Shown here piece by piece: positions 55,605 to 64,000 of a stretch of DNA of 64,000 bases. The first letter of the stretch is position 1. Every line of letters begins with the position of its first letter. The position numbers were made by a program, and so were the translations under genes. This DNA comes from Hormiphora californensis (Eukaryota; Animalia; Ctenophora), in NCBI GenBank assembly GCA_020137815.1, contig CM035350.1, positions 4,650,001 through 4,714,000 on the forward strand, written 5' to 3'. The notes below the pieces were generated by a model. That model had not been told where the DNA came from and did no database searches. It was given only the letters and a program-made list of their open reading frames with translations.

Positions 55605-56200
55605 CACCAGAACCCAAAAGAGCAACACAAGCACATATAGACGTCGAACGCTAGAGAGAGAGAGCTAAATGGGAAGGAAAGTCTACAAATATATATATAA
55701 GTTTGGCACGTGTGATATAACTGGAGAAAAGTTCGAGCACACATGCATCTCTAAGGAGAGAGTTTTTAGCCTCACGTCAATTGTCATAGGTTCAGAGGAG
55801 CTGTTGGGGCACGTGGGGAGAATGGATTATTCGGTTCCTTGTTAATAGTTGGAGAGCAAGCAACAACAGGTAGAAGAATGGGAGGCAAGTGGTTAGAACG
55901 GGAGGGAAAGGGAGAGAGTTAGGAGTGGAGAGAATGGGAGAGAGCGAGAGACATAGAAATAGAGAGATAGAGAGGGAGAGCACAGTATCATTAGAGAGCT
56001 ATGTGATCACATAACGGCATTTTGTCTGCCCGACCGCGCTCCAATGGACGTTCGGGAAGCTTTTCACACCCTACCCACACGCAACACACACGCAGAGACA
56101 GACAGGTCCATTGAGTACTGTACACAAACGGAGAGAGAGAGAGAGGGGGAAGATTGAACAGAAATAGTAACACACGCCTCTCTCCTTTATATAGATAGCC

Positions 56201-57247
56201 ATGATGACAACTGAACGAAGAAGGAAGAACTCTCTGGCGAGCAGTACCGCTTCAGTACCGTCATACAAACTGGATGGTAAACTGAAGATGGTCAGCACTG
56301 CCGAGATAAACTCTCCGGTGCTATGCTGCCGGTATAGTTACGATGGAAAATACGCTGCTTTTGGGTGCTCCAATGGCGATATCAAGATATATCACACCCA
56401 AAACTATGCCCACGTGTACACGTTGTCCCCTGACGAGAGCAAGAAGCTACCAGTCACGTGCATTAGGTTCCGACAGAACAACAGTAGGGACCTGTACGTG
56501 CTAGCTGCAACCTACTCCTCCGGTCACGTCAGGGTTTGGTATGTCACCTCAAAGCAGATCAGCAAACAGGCGGACCAGGGCGTGGAGCTGTTCTGCTGTG
56601 ACTTCAACTGTACCTATGGGAAGTTTGCTGCTGGGGGCGATGATTACAAGATACGGGTCTTTGATACGGAGAGAATGCAGTGTGCAAATGTGCTGAGTAA
56701 GGGGGAGAGTTTTGAAAAGATGGACGGGCATGCCAGCCGAGTGTTTGCTGTAAAGTACCACCCTGACAACGAGCACGTGCTGTTGAGCAGTGGCTGGGAT
56801 AATACTATCCAGGTTTGGGATGACAGGGAGGCCCACGCTGTCAGGAGGATGTTCGGTGCTCACGTGTGTGGTGATGCACTAGATATGGATCCTATGTACT
56901 ACCATGTCTTGACGGGCAGCTGGAGACGTGATAATTCTCTCCAAGTGTGGGATTTTGATAGTGGAAGGCTCATCAAGAATGTGAACCTACAAAGCCAGAC
57001 GAGTACGGAGAAGACGGTGTGCCACATGTATTGTGCCAAGTGGGCTGGTAGCGAGTATATCGCGTGTGGAGGGAGTGATAGTAACACCATGCGGGTGATC
57101 GAGAAGAGCTCCCTCCAAACAGTGGGTCTCCTGGACGGCCTGAATAGGGGCTGCTACACCTTGGATTATAACGACCACGCAACCAACTCGCCCCAGATCA
57201 TGTGCGCTAGTGGACCAAATGTGTTCTTCATGAATCTTACTAACTAG
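56201..57247 (+). CDS. WD40-repeat protein, 348 aa, single exon
   Basis: GHASRVFAVKYHP...LLSSGWDNTIQVWD, VLTGSW...LQVWD; acceptor tttatatag before the ATG. Confidence 0.9.
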   Translation: MMTTERRRKNSLASSTASVPSYKLDGKLKMVSTAEINSPVLCCRYSYDGKYAAFGCSNGDIKIYHTQNYAHVYTLSPDESKKLPVTCIRFRQNNSRDLYVLAATYSSGHVRVWYVTSKQISKQADQGVELFCCDFNCTYGKFAAGGDDYKIRVFDTERMQCANVLSKGESFEKMDGHASRVFAVKYHPDNEHVLLSSGWDNTIQVWDDREAHAVRRMFGAHVCGDALDMDPMYYHVLTGSWRRDNSLQVWDFDSGRLIKNVNLQSQTSTEKTVCHMYCAKWAGSEYIACGGSDSNTMRVIEKSSLQTVGLLDGLNRGCYTLDYNDHATNSPQIMCASGPNVFFMNLTN

Positions 57248-57534
57248 GAACTGAGTCTGGAACCCTCCTCCCCTCTGTGGCGGTACTGCACCCTACAGCT
57301 GACTACTATAACTGCTACCCCCTCCTCCTACTTTAGTAACTTATTGTCTGTCACGTGTCTCTCTCTCTCTAAGGTGTTGATTTCCTGAGTTCTGCGGGAC
57401 GAAATATATCTGAATCGGGGATATAATAAGATTGTATCTTGTCGTGAATCCTGATCTGAGAGACAAAGCGTGTTTATGTTTGTTTGTTTGTTTATCCACT
57501 ACGTGTATTCGCATTAGTTTGATTATTACACGGG

Positions 57535-57766
57535 GGATTACGGGGGCTCGAATAGATCGCCCGTATAGATCGCCCGTACCAGTCGCCCATACATTTGCTT
57601 TGCGCATTACGTTTCATTGCACTTTCACCACAAATAAGGTACATGCGCGTTACGCACATGTGTTTTGTTGTGGTGAAAGTGTGGTGAAACGTAATGCGCA
57701 AAGCAAATGTACGGGCGACTGGTACGGGCGACTGGTACGGGCGTCTCATCCGGGCCCCCGTAATCC
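57535..57766. mobile_element. Palindromic MITE
   Basis: ggattacgggggc...gcccccgtaatcc with long internal inverted arms. Confidence 0.75.
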
Positions 57767-58060
57767 GCTGCCTGATGCTGTTCTAGATCATAGCCGAGTT
57801 TTAAATCAACCCATGTTTTAAGGAAGGGACTACTGTCTTTGGGATTTGTCTATGTTTTTACGTCTGTGTGTTTGAACGAATGTAGGGTGCTGGAACGCTT
57901 CGATCTTAAACATAGAAATATTTCATGGGCGTATATACGATCAAAATTGTGTGATTATGTATAAAATTGTATATTTGATTTCCAAACCTACGAATTAAAG
58001 AACACGTGTGTACTTAGCGTCTCTATCTTAACACAAGCTCAACTAACCCCTTCTACATCA

Positions 58061-58127
<67 letters not shown>

Positions 58128-58383
58128 CGATCTTTCTTTTTTAACTCTATCTGTGTTTTAAACTCCGTGACTTTATCTAACTGTCTCTCCCTCTATCCTC
58201 CTCTCACTCCATCACAGTGCGTTGTGGAGGATACCCGTTATATCTAAGATAAAGGGTTTTATTTTTAGCCACCGCTTATCACCATCATCACCGCTCTCCC
58301 TCTCTCCTCCCATTCTTCTCCTGTTTTCGCTCTCACTCTTTTACTTTTCCTGCTCTCTATCTATCTCTCTATCTATCTCTCTC

Positions 58384-58500
<117 letters not shown>

Positions 58501-58717
58501 CATCATCTCGCGCCCCTTATAACTCCTGTACCATTATGCCCCATAATAAGCATGAGCGGGTCTCCCTCACCATCTCCAACTGCTGCCCCTCTCTCTCTCC
58601 CTCAATGTCTGTCCCTCACTCTCCCTCCCCCAACAACTGCCCCTCTCTCTCTCCCTCAATGTCTGTTCCCGATTTAGAATGCACGGAGCAGGGTAGTGAG
58701 AAAAAGCAAGACTTCCA

Positions 58718-63678
<4,961 letters not shown>

Positions 63679-64000
63679 GTTCGTTATGTACAGGGTGATT
63701 TTTTCTGTCTCTGATTGTCAGGTTAATTCAACTTATGAATTCCCATTATGTTGCATGTAATGTATTCCATACAACTAATGGGGGTTGGATGATAAGGTGA
63801 TAAAAGCTTTGACCTCGACCCCGTGCTAATGGGTTATATATGCTGTTTTCTCGAGAAATCCTCAATTGTTCAACCCGGGTTTCAAGACATCACACCTTCA
63901 ATAGATCACAGCTATAGAGCTTTTAGCACCCAGTCTCAAATGCAGGACGAAGTTGTTATATCCATCCACCTCATCCGCACGATACTGTGCCACGTCATCG

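Overview
Eukaryotic (animal) genomic DNA with short GT-AG introns, many (GA)n/(TC)n microsatellites, several non-autonomous transposons, a 100-N gap and some low-quality homopolymer-rich stretches. A ctenophore-like invertebrate is my inference only. Ordinary genes are a Shaker-superfamily Kv channel (two frame breaks), an unknown multi-exon gene, C2H2 zinc-finger exons, Rac, YIPF5, an ankyrin-repeat gene and two WD40 genes. The main feature is a compact minus-strand cluster at about 40.2-48.2 kb that looks like a trans-spliced operon: RPS27A > RPL13 > RPL8 > selenoprotein U (PRXL2A family) > [67-aa ORF] > MRPL30 > RPL7A > RPS25. Most gaps are 140-211 nt, an AG acceptor lies just before nearly every ATG, and a U-rich 3'UTR motif recurs. 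SelU has an in-frame UGA in a UxxC motif. It is followed by two well-formed SECIS elements and one degenerate one. RPL13 introns carry two identical H/ACA snoRNAs whose pocket matches the 18S m1acp3-pseudouridine site (snR35/SNORA13-like). All family assignments come from motif recognition by eye, and no database searches were run.
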